From Fibrobacteria bacterium (GTDB lineage: Bacteria > Fibrobacterota > Chitinivibrionia > Chitinivibrionales > FEN-1185), in NCBI GenBank assembly GCA_037447435.1, contig JBBIGR010000007.1:92701-156700 (forward strand): a DNA stretch of 64,000 nucleotides. The letters are read 5' to 3'. Under the pieces are notes generated by a model that did no database searches, had not been told where the DNA came from, and worked only from the letters and a program-made list of their open reading frames with translations. Position 1 is the stretch's first letter, and the number at the start of each line of letters is the position of its first letter. The translations under genes and the position numbers were made by a program. Below are positions 29,603-39,783 of this stretch, one piece after another.

Positions 29603-30457
29603 TCATTCAAACACGACTGTTTTGTTTTCGTATCTGATGATCCGGTGTTCGAGCTGTGCACGAATTGCGTTTGCCAAGGCAACGGTTTCGAGGTTGCGTC
29701 CTTTACGCTTGAGCGTATCGACGTTGTCGCGATGCGAAACGCGTTCGACCGCCTGTTCGATTATCGGCCCTTCATCGAGATCGCTGGTGACGTAGTGCGC
29801 GGTGGCGCCGATGATCTTGACGCCGCGTTTGAATGCCTGCCGGTAGGGGTTAGCCCCTTTGAACGAGGGCAGAAAGCTATGATGGATATTGATGATTTCG
29901 CCGGGATACGCGGTAACGAAATCGTCCGAAAGTATCTGCATGTAGCGGGCAAGCACCAGAAAATCGGTCGTGCGATTGACAAGAGAAAGAACTTGCTTTT
30001 CCTGAACCGTTTTATTTTCGGGTTGCACCGGAAGAAACATGAACGGAATTCCATGTCGCGTTACTTCCTCGGCAACGTCCTGGTGATTGCTGATGACCAG
30101 CGGTATTTCCGCATGAAGTTCGCCGATTTTCCACCGGTACAGGATATCGAACAGGCAATGGTCCTGCTTCGAAACTAGTATGCCCATTCTATCGGGCTTG
30201 CTTGCATAATGCATGCGCCAGGTCGCGCCGTTGAACGTTCGCGCAAGCGCGGCGAACCGTTCTTCCAGGAGTTTGGGCGGCGAGGCCAATGGGTCAAAAC
30301 AGAATTCGAGCCGCAAGAAAAACCTGCCGTTTGCAGGGTCCGTGGAATGCTGATCCGAGGCGATGATGTTGGCATCGTGACGAAATGCAAAATCCGATAT
30401 TTTTGCGACAATTCCCTTTTGGTCGGCACATTGGATAAGAAGTACTGCTGTTTCCAT
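29603..30457 (-). CDS. purU: Formyltetrahydrofolate deformylase
   Basis: ACT domain CADQKGIVA, VSKQDHCL, LARYMQIL, INIHHSFLP, LDEGPII. Confidence 0.96.
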   Translation of the reverse strand: METAVLLIQCADQKGIVAKISDFAFRHDANIIASDQHSTDPANGRFFLRLEFCFDPLASPPKLLEERFAALARTFNGATWRMHYASKPDRMGILVSKQDHCLFDILYRWKIGELHAEIPLVISNHQDVAEEVTRHGIPFMFLPVQPENKTVQEKQVLSLVNRTTDFLVLARYMQILSDDFVTAYPGEIINIHHSFLPSFKGANPYRQAFKRGVKIIGATAHYVTSDLDEGPIIEQAVERVSHRDNVDTLKRKGRNLETVALANAIRAQLEHRIIRYENKTVVFE

Positions 30458-30484
30458 GAAGGACAAAATACTTTGTTCCAAAAT

Positions 30485-30520
30485 AAAAAAGCCCCTGCTT
30501 TGAAAAAGCAAGGGCTAAAA
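30485..30520. terminator. Intrinsic terminator (minus-strand T-tract)
   Basis: A-run followed by imperfect stem AGCCCCTGCTTT/AAAGCAAGGGCT. Confidence 0.6.
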
Positions 30521-30542
30521 AGCGGCGTTAAATCGGGATTTG

Positions 30543-32192
30543 CTAATTGTTTACGATGACCTTTGTCGATATCTGACGCGTTGTTCCGTCCCGATTTTGT
30601 ATGGAAACCGAAGCAATGTAGGTTCCCTGGCTAACGGGGCGGCCGAAATAATCGCGCATGTCCCAGGAGGCCCTTCCCTTCGAGTCGTTCGGGCATGCTT
30701 TTGTCAGAATAGTGCGACCCGCGACATTCTTGACTTGCAGTAATGCGGAGCGCATGGCGTCGCTGCCGGCGAAACTAAAAATTACCGTTTTTTCACCCGG
30801 AACGATCGACGCGATGAGGCCGTTGCCCTGGTGATTCGCCGCTGCTTTTTGCATGTCGATTTTCGAGGGAATCGCTCCTGTCCAGGGAACGCTCATGAGA
30901 ATTGTTCCGCCGATCGCCTGATTCGTTTTTGTACAGGCTATTTCTCTGACTGTGGCGCCGGTGTAATCTTCGAGCGCCAGCGAATTGACCTGTCCCGTGC
31001 CTCCCTTGGAAATGATTTTCAAAAAGAACGTTCCCTGTCCGCCGTTTACAACGGAAGAGAAATCGGTGAGGTCGAGCCCGATTTCGATCGTGGAACTTTT
31101 CCCGCCTCCGCACATGGGCAGGGAACCGCCGGCATAGTTAAATGCGCCGGCATAGTCCATGGTCGCGGTCGGCGCGGTCGCGGTAGCGGAATTTGCCGCA
31201 CCGGTCATGATGCAGATCTGGTTGCGCTGATTATGCGTCAAGCTAATCTTAAAAGTAAATTTTGGAGAATAATCTTTTTTAAGCCTGCAAAACATGACGT
31301 GATTGTTGCCGGAAGGATTGTTATACCATGGTGCCCCCGAATGCAGCATCGAATAGGGAAGCCAGTAATCCCCGGTTCCCCAATGCGCCTGGCACAGCCA
31401 GCATCCGCCGTTGAAATTGTCGTCGTAACCGCAAATAGAAAGCGCATGACCGCCGCCGCCGCCGAGTCCGGTAAGTACTTTTCGGCCGCCGATCGTTGAC
31501 GTGGGCATGGATTCGGAATTGGCTTGGAAAGATAGTATCGCACCGGCCGGTGAGCCGTCTGCATAATCATAAACGATCTGTTTGATAAGATTGTCGCCGG
31601 CCGTTGTGCCCGGGTCGATCTTGTAATATTGATCGACGCGGATTTTCATTGCCTTGTAATATTTATCGTAACCGCTCATCCAGACCGATGCCGGATCAAC
31701 GGTGTTGTCCCCGTCTGCCCCAAATCCGCCGAAATCAGTTGACGTGGGACACCCGGTTGCCTTTAAAATGTCGAATGCTTCGACATACATCCATCCGTCG
31801 CCACCGGTTGCCTGGTTTGCATTATCAAGAAAATGATACGTGTAGTTATAAGTATAAAGCGGATACTGACCGGAAGAGGCCACTTTCTGATATGTCTGCA
31901 CCGCATAATCGTAGCTGAAACTTACTGCGCTTGCATTGGCGCAACTCCACCCGTCTATGCACCAGCCAACCGGCGGCATATATGATTTTGCCGCAGCATC
32001 GGTTTCGTGGTTTACTACTGCAGGAAGAGGATGTGCGGTGCGGTCTTTATAAATATCGGGCAAAACGAAATCAGGAATCGAAGCGATTTTGGCTGATGTC
32101 ATTGTTCCGAATTGTCCGCGAATCTGGGTTTGTGCCATGGCTGATGCAAGGAGACAAGATAGGATCAATGACATTCGAAAAACGGCTTTCAT
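30543..32192 (-). CDS. Secreted papain-like (C1) cysteine peptidase with FlgD-Ig/T9SS-like tail
   Basis: Signal peptide, LPAVVN, GWSCA (Cys), GHALSICGYDD (His), WD.RDYFGRPVSQGTYI tail. Confidence 0.72.
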   Translation of the reverse strand: MKAVFRMSLILSCLLASAMAQTQIRGQFGTMTSAKIASIPDFVLPDIYKDRTAHPLPAVVNHETDAAAKSYMPPVGWCIDGWSCANASAVSFSYDYAVQTYQKVASSGQYPLYTYNYTYHFLDNANQATGGDGWMYVEAFDILKATGCPTSTDFGGFGADGDNTVDPASVWMSGYDKYYKAMKIRVDQYYKIDPGTTAGDNLIKQIVYDYADGSPAGAILSFQANSESMPTSTIGGRKVLTGLGGGGGHALSICGYDDNFNGGCWLCQAHWGTGDYWLPYSMLHSGAPWYNNPSGNNHVMFCRLKKDYSPKFTFKISLTHNQRNQICIMTGAANSATATAPTATMDYAGAFNYAGGSLPMCGGGKSSTIEIGLDLTDFSSVVNGGQGTFFLKIISKGGTGQVNSLALEDYTGATVREIACTKTNQAIGGTILMSVPWTGAIPSKIDMQKAAANHQGNGLIASIVPGEKTVIFSFAGSDAMRSALLQVKNVAGRTILTKACPNDSKGRASWDMRDYFGRPVSQGTYIASVSIQNRDGTTRQISTKVIVNN

Positions 32193-32456
32193 GACGGTTC
32201 CTCCTTTACACATTGGATATTTTAGCGATTAAACATTCGTTCAATATGGTTGTATATATTTATATATACAAATAAAGGCTGCACTCATATAATAACAAAC
32301 CCATTTGAATTGCGCTGAAAATATTATTCGTCGTTTTTGACAAAACAGGCAAGTTGTCTCTATACGAACAGATTTTAAAGGAAGAAAAAACCGTATCCTG
32401 ATTGTATGCGGGGAAATGAAAACGCCGGATTAAGAGACCGCTTCGGGCATAAAAGC

Positions 32457-32482
32457 AAAACCCTGCCGAAACATCGGCAGGG
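32457..32482 (-). terminator. Intrinsic terminator of the large lipoprotein gene
   Basis: CCCTGCCGA/TCGGCAGGG stem followed by TTTT on the minus strand. Confidence 0.65.
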
Positions 32483-32526
32483 CTCATAAAAGTTTTTTAC
32501 AGTAAGCAAATCGGCGAAAACCCGAA

Positions 32527-35500
32527 TTAAAAGATCAATTGTACGGGTGTTGTTTTGGATGTCGTGGTTCCATCCCCTAATTGACCATAAGAGTTCGATC
32601 CGGCCGCCCATACGGTATTGTTGGTTTTAATGTAAAATGTAAAGGTGCTGTTGGTCGGCGCGGCGATTGCCGAGACGCCGGTGGTCACCTGTACGGGAGT
32701 ATAGGTGGTAGACAGGCTTGCACTGCACAATTGGCCATAGCTGTTTTGTCCCATTGCCCACAGGGAATTGTCGCTTTTTACATATAGGGAATGATAAGAA
32801 CCTGCGGTAATAGACACCACATCGGTCGCGACCTGTACGGGCGTCGATTTGGACGTTGTTGAGCCGTCTCCCAATTGGCCGTAGGAATTATATCCCGACG
32901 TCCACAATGTTTTGTCATTTTTCAATATCAATAAATGGTAATATCCCGCGGAAACGGTAGCGACGTTTGTCATTACCTGGGCAAGGGTATATGCGGTGCC
33001 GGTTGTTCCGGTTCCAAGTTGACCGTAGGTATTGTATCCTGCAACCCATAACGTGCTGTCTGCCTTTACAATGCAAGAAACCATGTACCCGGCGATCGCC
33101 GATTTTACGCCGGCCAGGACTTGGGTCGGCGCGTATTTGCTTGTTGTCAATCCGTCGGCCAATTGGCCGTAGGTGTTTGACCCGGTTGTCCACAGCGTAC
33201 CGTCGTTTTTCAGGATGAGAGTATGGTTGTATCCTGCGGAAACGGACGCCACATTGGTCATGATTTGTACCGGACTGGTTTTGGTGGTGGTGGTCCCGTC
33301 ACCCAATTGTCCGTAGCCGTTGTATCCCATTGCCCACAAGGTCCCGTCGCTTTTTAGAGCCATTGTAAATTCATAACCGCAGGAAACCGCAACAACGCCG
33401 GACATGACCTTGACCGGCAGGGTTCTGCTCGTTGTCGTTCCGTCGCCCAATTGTCCGTACGAATTATCCCCTGTCGCCCATAAGGTACTGTCGGTACGCA
33501 AAAACATGGAATGATCGGTTGCGGCGGCAACGGATTTGACCGGGACGTATACCGTCTGGTTTACCTTGACGGTATACGGTCCCATATACGAAGCGCTTTG
33601 CGAGTATTGGGTGATTTGTATGAAAAGCGTGTCGTTGGCAACCGGCGTGATCGACAGGATATTTGACGAACCATAATTATATGCGCTATATGAAACCGAA
33701 GATCCGAGATACGCGTAGGTATAATGCATGAAGAGCGCCTGAGTCGTGATCTTGTAATTATTGCCCGCAGTCACTGGTATTTTTACCCAGTCGGTATCGA
33801 ACATGGCCAATGTTCTTGATTGTATGGAATCGGGCATTATGGATTTCGCAAGGCTCCGGATATTGTCGTTTTCATAGGCGTCCGGATTTGGCGGCAATAT
33901 GCGGCTCATTGACACGGTATAACGTTGTACCGGCGTCAATGACGAAGACGAGGTTATACGGTAATAGAGCGTGTCGTTTTTAAGCGGCGTATACGTGAAA
34001 GTATTCGTATAGCTCGATTTACTCAGAATCAATGAATCCCTTGAGTTGAATTCATAGACGTACAAGTAATTCAGCGAACTCGAACTGGTCATGGTAACGG
34101 TGTATGTCGCACCCACAAGAACCGGGAACGCAACCCAGTCGGTATCGTTTATGGTAAGCGAATGGTTTTCACTTGTAAGCGCCGTATCTTTTATGATGCG
34201 TGCTTTCAACTTGGTGTTGTCGTTCTCAAGCGAGTCTGCGGCGACCAACGTGCCGTTCAAAACGCTGAGCGCCTGCAGGGAATACGACCCGGTCACTGCT
34301 GCGGTTTTTCCCGTCACCCGGATATAATACGTACCGCCCAAAACGCTCTTCCAAGAAACCATTGCGTTCTTGTCGCCGTTGCCGATATCGTCGTTTTCCA
34401 TAATCGGTGTCGATCCGCTGCTCGAAAATAACGCGAGCTTGGTGTCGGTACTACCGGTCGTCACTATTGCGATCGAATCGCCGGGTGTGGCGGTATACAT
34501 GACCCAATCGGTATCCGCAGGCAACAGGATACGGCTTTGTGCCGAGGACGAAAGCAGAGACGCCTTTGTTCGAATGGAGTCGGGTTCGTAACTGTCGTTA
34601 TAAAACTGTCCCTGCACCGAAAGCGTATAGGAAACGGCGGTATAACCGTTCGGTCGATAAATCATGAGATAGGCGGTATCCGAAGTCGTGGGGGAATAGG
34701 TAATCGACGAGTTCGTACTGGAGGTATAGTTGATATAGCTTGATGACGTGTTATTATAGAGATACATATACACCGTTGTCGACAACGAAGCGATTGTCCG
34801 GATAGTGTATTGTTTTCCTGCGATTACGGGGAAAGCGACCCAATCGGTATCGCCAACGGAATTCACGACCGTAAGCGTACGGTCTTGCAGAAGCGAGTCT
34901 TTTGGAAAGTATTTGGCTTTTGCCTGGGCCTTTGTATTATCGTTTTCAAATTCATCAGGTACCGTCGGTTGCAGCATGACCGAAAGCGACAATATATAAT
35001 TGAGCGCCGTAGAATAAGAGGAGGTCACGCGAACATAAACCGTGTCCGTTGCAGAGCTATTGAGGCTTAGCGTATAGGACGGACCTTGCAATACGGTCCC
35101 GTCTTTTGAAAACATTGTAGCGGAAACGTACGATGTATTTGAACAGGTCAAGGTATATTGTCGCCCCTCAACCACCGGGAGTTTTACCCAGTCGGTATCG
35201 CCGATTGTCAGGCTGCGGGTTTGAACGGTGCTATTTCCGGAAATGAGTTTTGCCGTTGCACGGGTATTATCGTTTTCATAAATATCGGGAGTGACCAATG
35301 TCCCGGTGCTGTTCGTTTGCATGGAAAGCCGGTATGAACCGGTTGCTCCAGGTGTTTGAGCGGTAATCTTGACAAAGTAATATCCCGATGCCGTTATATG
35401 GTAACGGATTACGGAAATCGAATCGGTTTGGGACGATGTTGCCAATCGTGTGGTGGTATCGACATCGTATAAGGACAAGGTGGTCAGGCAGTTTCCGCTT

Positions 35501-36099
35501 GCGCTGAATAAAACGGAATCGCCAGATGTTATGTAACACGAGACCCAATCCACGTCGTTCTCGCGTATCGTACGGCTTTGATAGCCGCTTGTCGAAATCG
35601 ACCGTGCGGCCTGGGCAACCGAATCGGGCTCATAGCTGTCGGGTCCTATCGACGATACGATCGCAAGTTCATACTGCCCGGCTATGGTTTCGTTATTTCC
35701 CGACACGCAAATGTAATACGTACCCGAAGAAGTGCAATTGAATTGCACGAGGGCATTAAGACTTCCGGGAGAATCGTCGCCCGAAACAATGGCCGACGAA
35801 CCGCTGTAAGAAAAGACGCTGATGCGGGTATCGGTGCTTCCCGTCGTGTAGATTTTGTAGGATTTTCCGGCAATCGCGCTAAAAGACACCCAGTCGGTAT
35901 CCTGTACTTTCAACGTTCTTACTTGCGGCGCGCTGTCGGGCTTGATTTGCTTTGCACTTGACATTGTATTGTCCGGTTCATACTGATCGGCAATTACTAT
36001 CGAACCATCGATGGTATTATTCGTGCCGGTCAGATTGGTACAGGTTCCTATGAAAACCGAGGCAATCAAAATTCCCAATAATAATAATTTAGATGACAT
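32527..36099 (-). CDS. Large lipoprotein: seven PPC-like beta-sandwich repeats plus RCC1-like beta-propeller
   Basis: Lipobox-like FIGTC, 7x D.(Y/F/L)E.D...D.DWV repeats, repeated LW..G.N.YGQLG.G; ATG after AAGGAG. Confidence 0.85.
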   Translation of the reverse strand: MSSKLLLLGILIASVFIGTCTNLTGTNNTIDGSIVIADQYEPDNTMSSAKQIKPDSAPQVRTLKVQDTDWVSFSAIAGKSYKIYTTGSTDTRISVFSYSGSSAIVSGDDSPGSLNALVQFNCTSSGTYYICVSGNNETIAGQYELAIVSSIGPDSYEPDSVAQAARSISTSGYQSRTIRENDVDWVSCYITSGDSVLFSASGNCLTTLSLYDVDTTTRLATSSQTDSISVIRYHITASGYYFVKITAQTPGATGSYRLSMQTNSTGTLVTPDIYENDNTRATAKLISGNSTVQTRSLTIGDTDWVKLPVVEGRQYTLTCSNTSYVSATMFSKDGTVLQGPSYTLSLNSSATDTVYVRVTSSYSTALNYILSLSVMLQPTVPDEFENDNTKAQAKAKYFPKDSLLQDRTLTVVNSVGDTDWVAFPVIAGKQYTIRTIASLSTTVYMYLYNNTSSSYINYTSSTNSSITYSPTTSDTAYLMIYRPNGYTAVSYTLSVQGQFYNDSYEPDSIRTKASLLSSSAQSRILLPADTDWVMYTATPGDSIAIVTTGSTDTKLALFSSSGSTPIMENDDIGNGDKNAMVSWKSVLGGTYYIRVTGKTAAVTGSYSLQALSVLNGTLVAADSLENDNTKLKARIIKDTALTSENHSLTINDTDWVAFPVLVGATYTVTMTSSSSLNYLYVYEFNSRDSLILSKSSYTNTFTYTPLKNDTLYYRITSSSSLTPVQRYTVSMSRILPPNPDAYENDNIRSLAKSIMPDSIQSRTLAMFDTDWVKIPVTAGNNYKITTQALFMHYTYAYLGSSVSYSAYNYGSSNILSITPVANDTLFIQITQYSQSASYMGPYTVKVNQTVYVPVKSVAAATDHSMFLRTDSTLWATGDNSYGQLGDGTTTSRTLPVKVMSGVVAVSCGYEFTMALKSDGTLWAMGYNGYGQLGDGTTTTKTSPVQIMTNVASVSAGYNHTLILKNDGTLWTTGSNTYGQLADGLTTSKYAPTQVLAGVKSAIAGYMVSCIVKADSTLWVAGYNTYGQLGTGTTGTAYTLAQVMTNVATVSAGYYHLLILKNDKTLWTSGYNSYGQLGDGSTTSKSTPVQVATDVVSITAGSYHSLYVKSDNSLWAMGQNSYGQLCSASLSTTYTPVQVTTGVSAIAAPTNSTFTFYIKTNNTVWAAGSNSYGQLGDGTTTSKTTPVQLIF

Positions 36100-36346
36100 T
36101 GGCCATACTCCTTTGTTTTGTCTATTGATTTGCTGAAAAGGGCTGTTTTGTCTTTGGATAATAAAGTATAGCATAAGGAAAGTCATTTTGCAATAGCCGG
36201 GATACGGAATGTTGCAGAAAGCGTATCATGGCATGATACGGCCTTTGCGGGACGAGTAAAATGTTTCGGGGTTGGGAGGGAAAAATTAAGTATACTTAAA
36301 AGGGAAACCGGCACAATAAAAAACCACAGCCCCCAAAGGAATACTC

Positions 36347-36547
36347 ATGAACGGACAAAATCGGGCGCATATCCGGCCCGGACTCACGGTAAATATTATT
36401 TTGAAAAAAGACCAAAAAACAGGCACTTTGACAAAAGGTATCGTAAAAGATCTTTTGACCAAATCCCCGCATCACACCAGGGGCATTAAGGTGCGCTTGA
36501 CCAGCGGTGAAATCGGACGCGTCGCAGAGGTGCTCGGCATTGACTGA
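36347..36547 (+). CDS. YwbE family protein (DUF2196)
   Basis: MNGQNR..I.PGL.V.IILK.DQ.TG.LT.G.VKDLLT.S..H..GIKVRL..G..GRV. Confidence 0.9.
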   Translation: MNGQNRAHIRPGLTVNIILKKDQKTGTLTKGIVKDLLTKSPHHTRGIKVRLTSGEIGRVAEVLGID

Positions 36548-36821
36548 CATCAATAAATCTCAGGAGAACAATCCGCTGCACGGTATAACCCTTGAAACGA
36601 TACTTACCGACCTGGTGGCGTATTACGGATGGCGAGAATTATCTAAAATCATCGAAATACGATGTTTTTTCAATGACCCGAGCATTAAATCGAGCCTGAA
36701 ATTCCTACGGCACACGCCCTGGGCAAGGGAAAAGGTCGAAAAATTGTATTTGAACCTTCGATGGCATATTGAGCATAACGGCTCTGCCGAGGAAAAACGT
36801 CGTTTTAATTTCAAAAAATGA
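36540..36821 (+). CDS. VF530 family protein (DUF2132)
   Basis: [41 protein letters not shown] start after GAGG. Confidence 0.9.
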   Translation: MTDINKSQENNPLHGITLETILTDLVAYYGWRELSKIIEIRCFFNDPSIKSSLKFLRHTPWAREKVEKLYLNLRWHIEHNGSAEEKRRFNFKK

Positions 36822-36842
36822 ACCTACCGCAAGGAGGCGTTC

Positions 36843-37250
36843 ATGGCAAAAATCGGTGCGTGCGGAGACAATTGCGATTATTGCCCGCGGTTTCATGCGA
36901 CCCAATCGGGGAACAAAAGCGAATTGGAAAAGGTAAAGGATTTGTGGGTACGCGTCGGGCTGCGGGACGGTTTGTTTCCTGCGGAAAATCTTGCCTGCAA
37001 CGGGTGCTCCATGGATCATCAATGTGCGTATGCCGAATTGCGGCAATGCGTGTTCAAAAAGGGCATCGAGAATTGCGGCGCCTGCGATTTGTATCCCTGC
37101 ACCATCGCTTCGGGGGTCATTAACAAATCGGAAGACTGGTTGACTCGCAGTAAAGAGAAGTGCTCTGCCGAGGAATACGAACTGCTTAAAAACGCGTTTT
37201 GCATGAAAAAACGGAACTTGGACGCGGTATTCGAAAATCAGAGGACATAG
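36843..37250 (+). CDS. DUF3795 cysteine-rich protein
   Basis: CGDNCDYC, CNGC, C..KKGIENCGACDLYPC. Confidence 0.85.
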   Translation: MAKIGACGDNCDYCPRFHATQSGNKSELEKVKDLWVRVGLRDGLFPAENLACNGCSMDHQCAYAELRQCVFKKGIENCGACDLYPCTIASGVINKSEDWLTRSKEKCSAEEYELLKNAFCMKKRNLDAVFENQRT

Positions 37251-37251
37251 G

Positions 37252-37280
37252 CCAAGAGCGCATTGGTACGCGCTCTTGGT
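37252..37280. terminator. Hairpin between convergent genes
   Basis: CCAAGAGCGC-N8-GCGCTCTTGG stem. Confidence 0.55.
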
Positions 37281-37325
37281 AAGTTTATCCTTTACAACAA
37301 AACATTTTTCTTCGAAACAACGCCG

Positions 37326-39428
37326 TTATTTATATAAAACGATTTTCCTCGTGACGCGTTGGGCGTTGTTTTTCAAAATAACCAAATAGGTGCCGTTGCT
37401 TACGGGCAGCTTGCTTTCCCACCGTATTGTATGAGCGCCCGCGCTCATATTCTCGCTTGCATATTTCCACACCTTTACTCCGGATGCCGAATAGACTTCC
37501 AGAGAAATTCTTCCGGTTTTCGGTACAACGATATCGAATTGGGGTACCATAGACATCGGTGCGCGCAGCGATACTCCGAGGGAAAGCTCCGGACGTTTAA
37601 TGGAAAACGGGATAACGGGTGAAATGTCGACTTTGTTCACGACCCGCTCATACGTTACGCCTGCCGCGGATACGGCCCGTACTATTAACATCGTGTTATC
37701 GGTCGATACCCCACCCACGTCGATTGATCCTTTCCAGGTACCGCTACCCTGATAAACAAGAGTAACGACTTTCAGGGTGTCGCTCGAAAGGAAACAGCTC
37801 ACCGATTTGAGTGAATCGCTGCCGGAAAAAACCTCGACCGGCACGACGCCGTGAAGCGAGTCTGTGCTTGCGGGTTTGACGATTTGGATAAACGGTCCAC
37901 CGAGTTGGAGGTTAGTCCATCCCGTTGCAAGATAGATATCGGGGTTTTCGAGAAGTTGGGCGTCGTTATTGGTCGTATATTCCCAATAGAAATTGGAACG
38001 CGCGCTATCTTTCATGTCGCCGTCGTGATACCGGACGAGAAATCCCAGCAAACCGCCTTTGGGCATATTGATATTGTATAATCCGCCTTTCCTTTGGATT
38101 TTAAACTCGTAGTCCGTATACCCCGAAGCTTCGCCCGCCTTTGCGGTCTGGGAATCGGATTTTACCGGGTCAATGGTCCAGCCGCGATTACTGAGGCTCC
38201 AGTGCATGTCGGAAAATTGGTTCCCGTTTGTAACTCTTGCCGAGTTTTCCGAATTGTCGTCAAGATAGTAATTCCTGGCCATGCTCAACGAATCGGCCCC
38301 GTTTCCTTCGAAGTATATTTGGCAATAGTCAAGAGGATTATGGGTTTTGTCGTATACCCTGACGCCGATGTAAATGTTGTTTTGCGCCGAATCTTCAAGG
38401 CACCATATTTTGCTGCGATATGTCTCGTAATGAAAATTTGACAGCACGAGTTCTCGTTGATACGCTCCGTTCCAGGCGGATTCCTGTATCGAACCGTCGA
38501 TGACGGGCGGCGGGTTCGACGATCTGCCGGTGTAAAATGTAAAGTATTCGCGTTTTACGGAGAGCTGAATCCTGGCCCAGAACGGGAATGAATCGGGCTT
38601 TGAAACATTGCCGTTGGTTTCGATCCAATGGTACGTTCCCGCGCCGGCGCCTGTTTTAACCACTTCCAAATAAAAACCGAGGTTGTCTATTGAATTGACG
38701 TTCAAATCGGAATTTGTCGAATCGAATTTTTTATTGTTGTGAAGGGGGATCGCAAATTCGCTGTGATGTACCTTGACGCTTGTGCTGAGAAAATAGCTGG
38801 CACCTTGGAAATCGGTTTGGGTATCGCCGTCGGCGATCCAGGCTTTGCCGTTCCAGCACATGTCTTGCAGGATGAATGATCCGCCGGACTTTGCAATTGC
38901 GCATGCCTGCTCGTTTGCCGTATGGTTGGGCGCGGTAAGTTTCATGTCGCCTGACCCGTGATAGAGAGAGGGCGGGACATTGTCGCCCTGATCGAAATAA
39001 AGCCGCACGCCGCTGCCGTCGCCGTTATTGTTGTGCTCGTATGTCAACCCGACATACAGCGTGTCGGGGCTGTTGGTCAAAAAAAGCTGCACAACGCCGC
39101 TATCGTCGAGAATAATGGTTCTTGAACAAGCGGCCTTCCACTCGTCCATGGCTTCGAACGACTAGGGCTGTCCGTCGCGGCTGCACAAAGAGCCGTCGAC
39201 GACCGGTGCCGGCCCTTTCAGCTCGTAGCTGAAAAGGTATAGCGGGTTGCCTTGTCCGGTGATGACGTCTTTTACCGTCGTATCGATCCCCAAACATCCT
39301 TCCGCAACGCAGGCAGCCTGACTTATTCCTGATTTCATGCATTCCTGAATGCACTGCGTATAAGCGTTTTGCGAAAAGGCAACGGAAGCCATTGCGAGCA
39401 TGAATAGCAGTACCGCAGTTTTCTTCAT
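37326..39428 (-). pseudogene. Secreted protein (two CBM9/DOMON-like domains, Ig domain, sorting tail) split by one in-frame TAG at 39162-39164
   Basis: 88-aa ORF with signal peptide and SD is in frame with the 607-aa ORF via TAG-TCG-TTC-GAA-GCC-ATG; PVVDGS..EW and PVIDGS..W duplicated motif; GTYLVIL..VTRKIVL tail. Confidence 0.75.
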
Positions 39429-39783
39429 TGAAATCCTCCACCGGTTAAAACGACAAATGTTTCTTAAGAGAGCCTTGGGCTGCCCAACAATATCATATCA
39501 TCAAATTGTAAGTTAATCAAATAATCGAAAATTTACTCAAAAAAAGAAGCTGGCGCTTTTGAAATAAATTGTCGGTTCCGCTCCGCATAGGATGTCGAAA
39601 CGGGTCTACCGTTTATCACGTCATTTAAATGACTGCGCGTGTTGGGGATTTCAAGCCTTCTGGAAATCGGCCCAAAAGGCGGCACCGGTTCAAACTCGAT
39701 ATGACAAAAAAAAAATTGTCAAATAAATTGACAATAATAAATTTGTTAACTATATTTTTGTGAAATTCGAAAAGGGAGGATAA

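Noticed and set aside
32400..32500. c-di-GMP riboswitch upstream of the C1 peptidase
   Set aside because: The hairpin is explained as the upstream gene's terminator, and the conserved aptamer motifs are absent.
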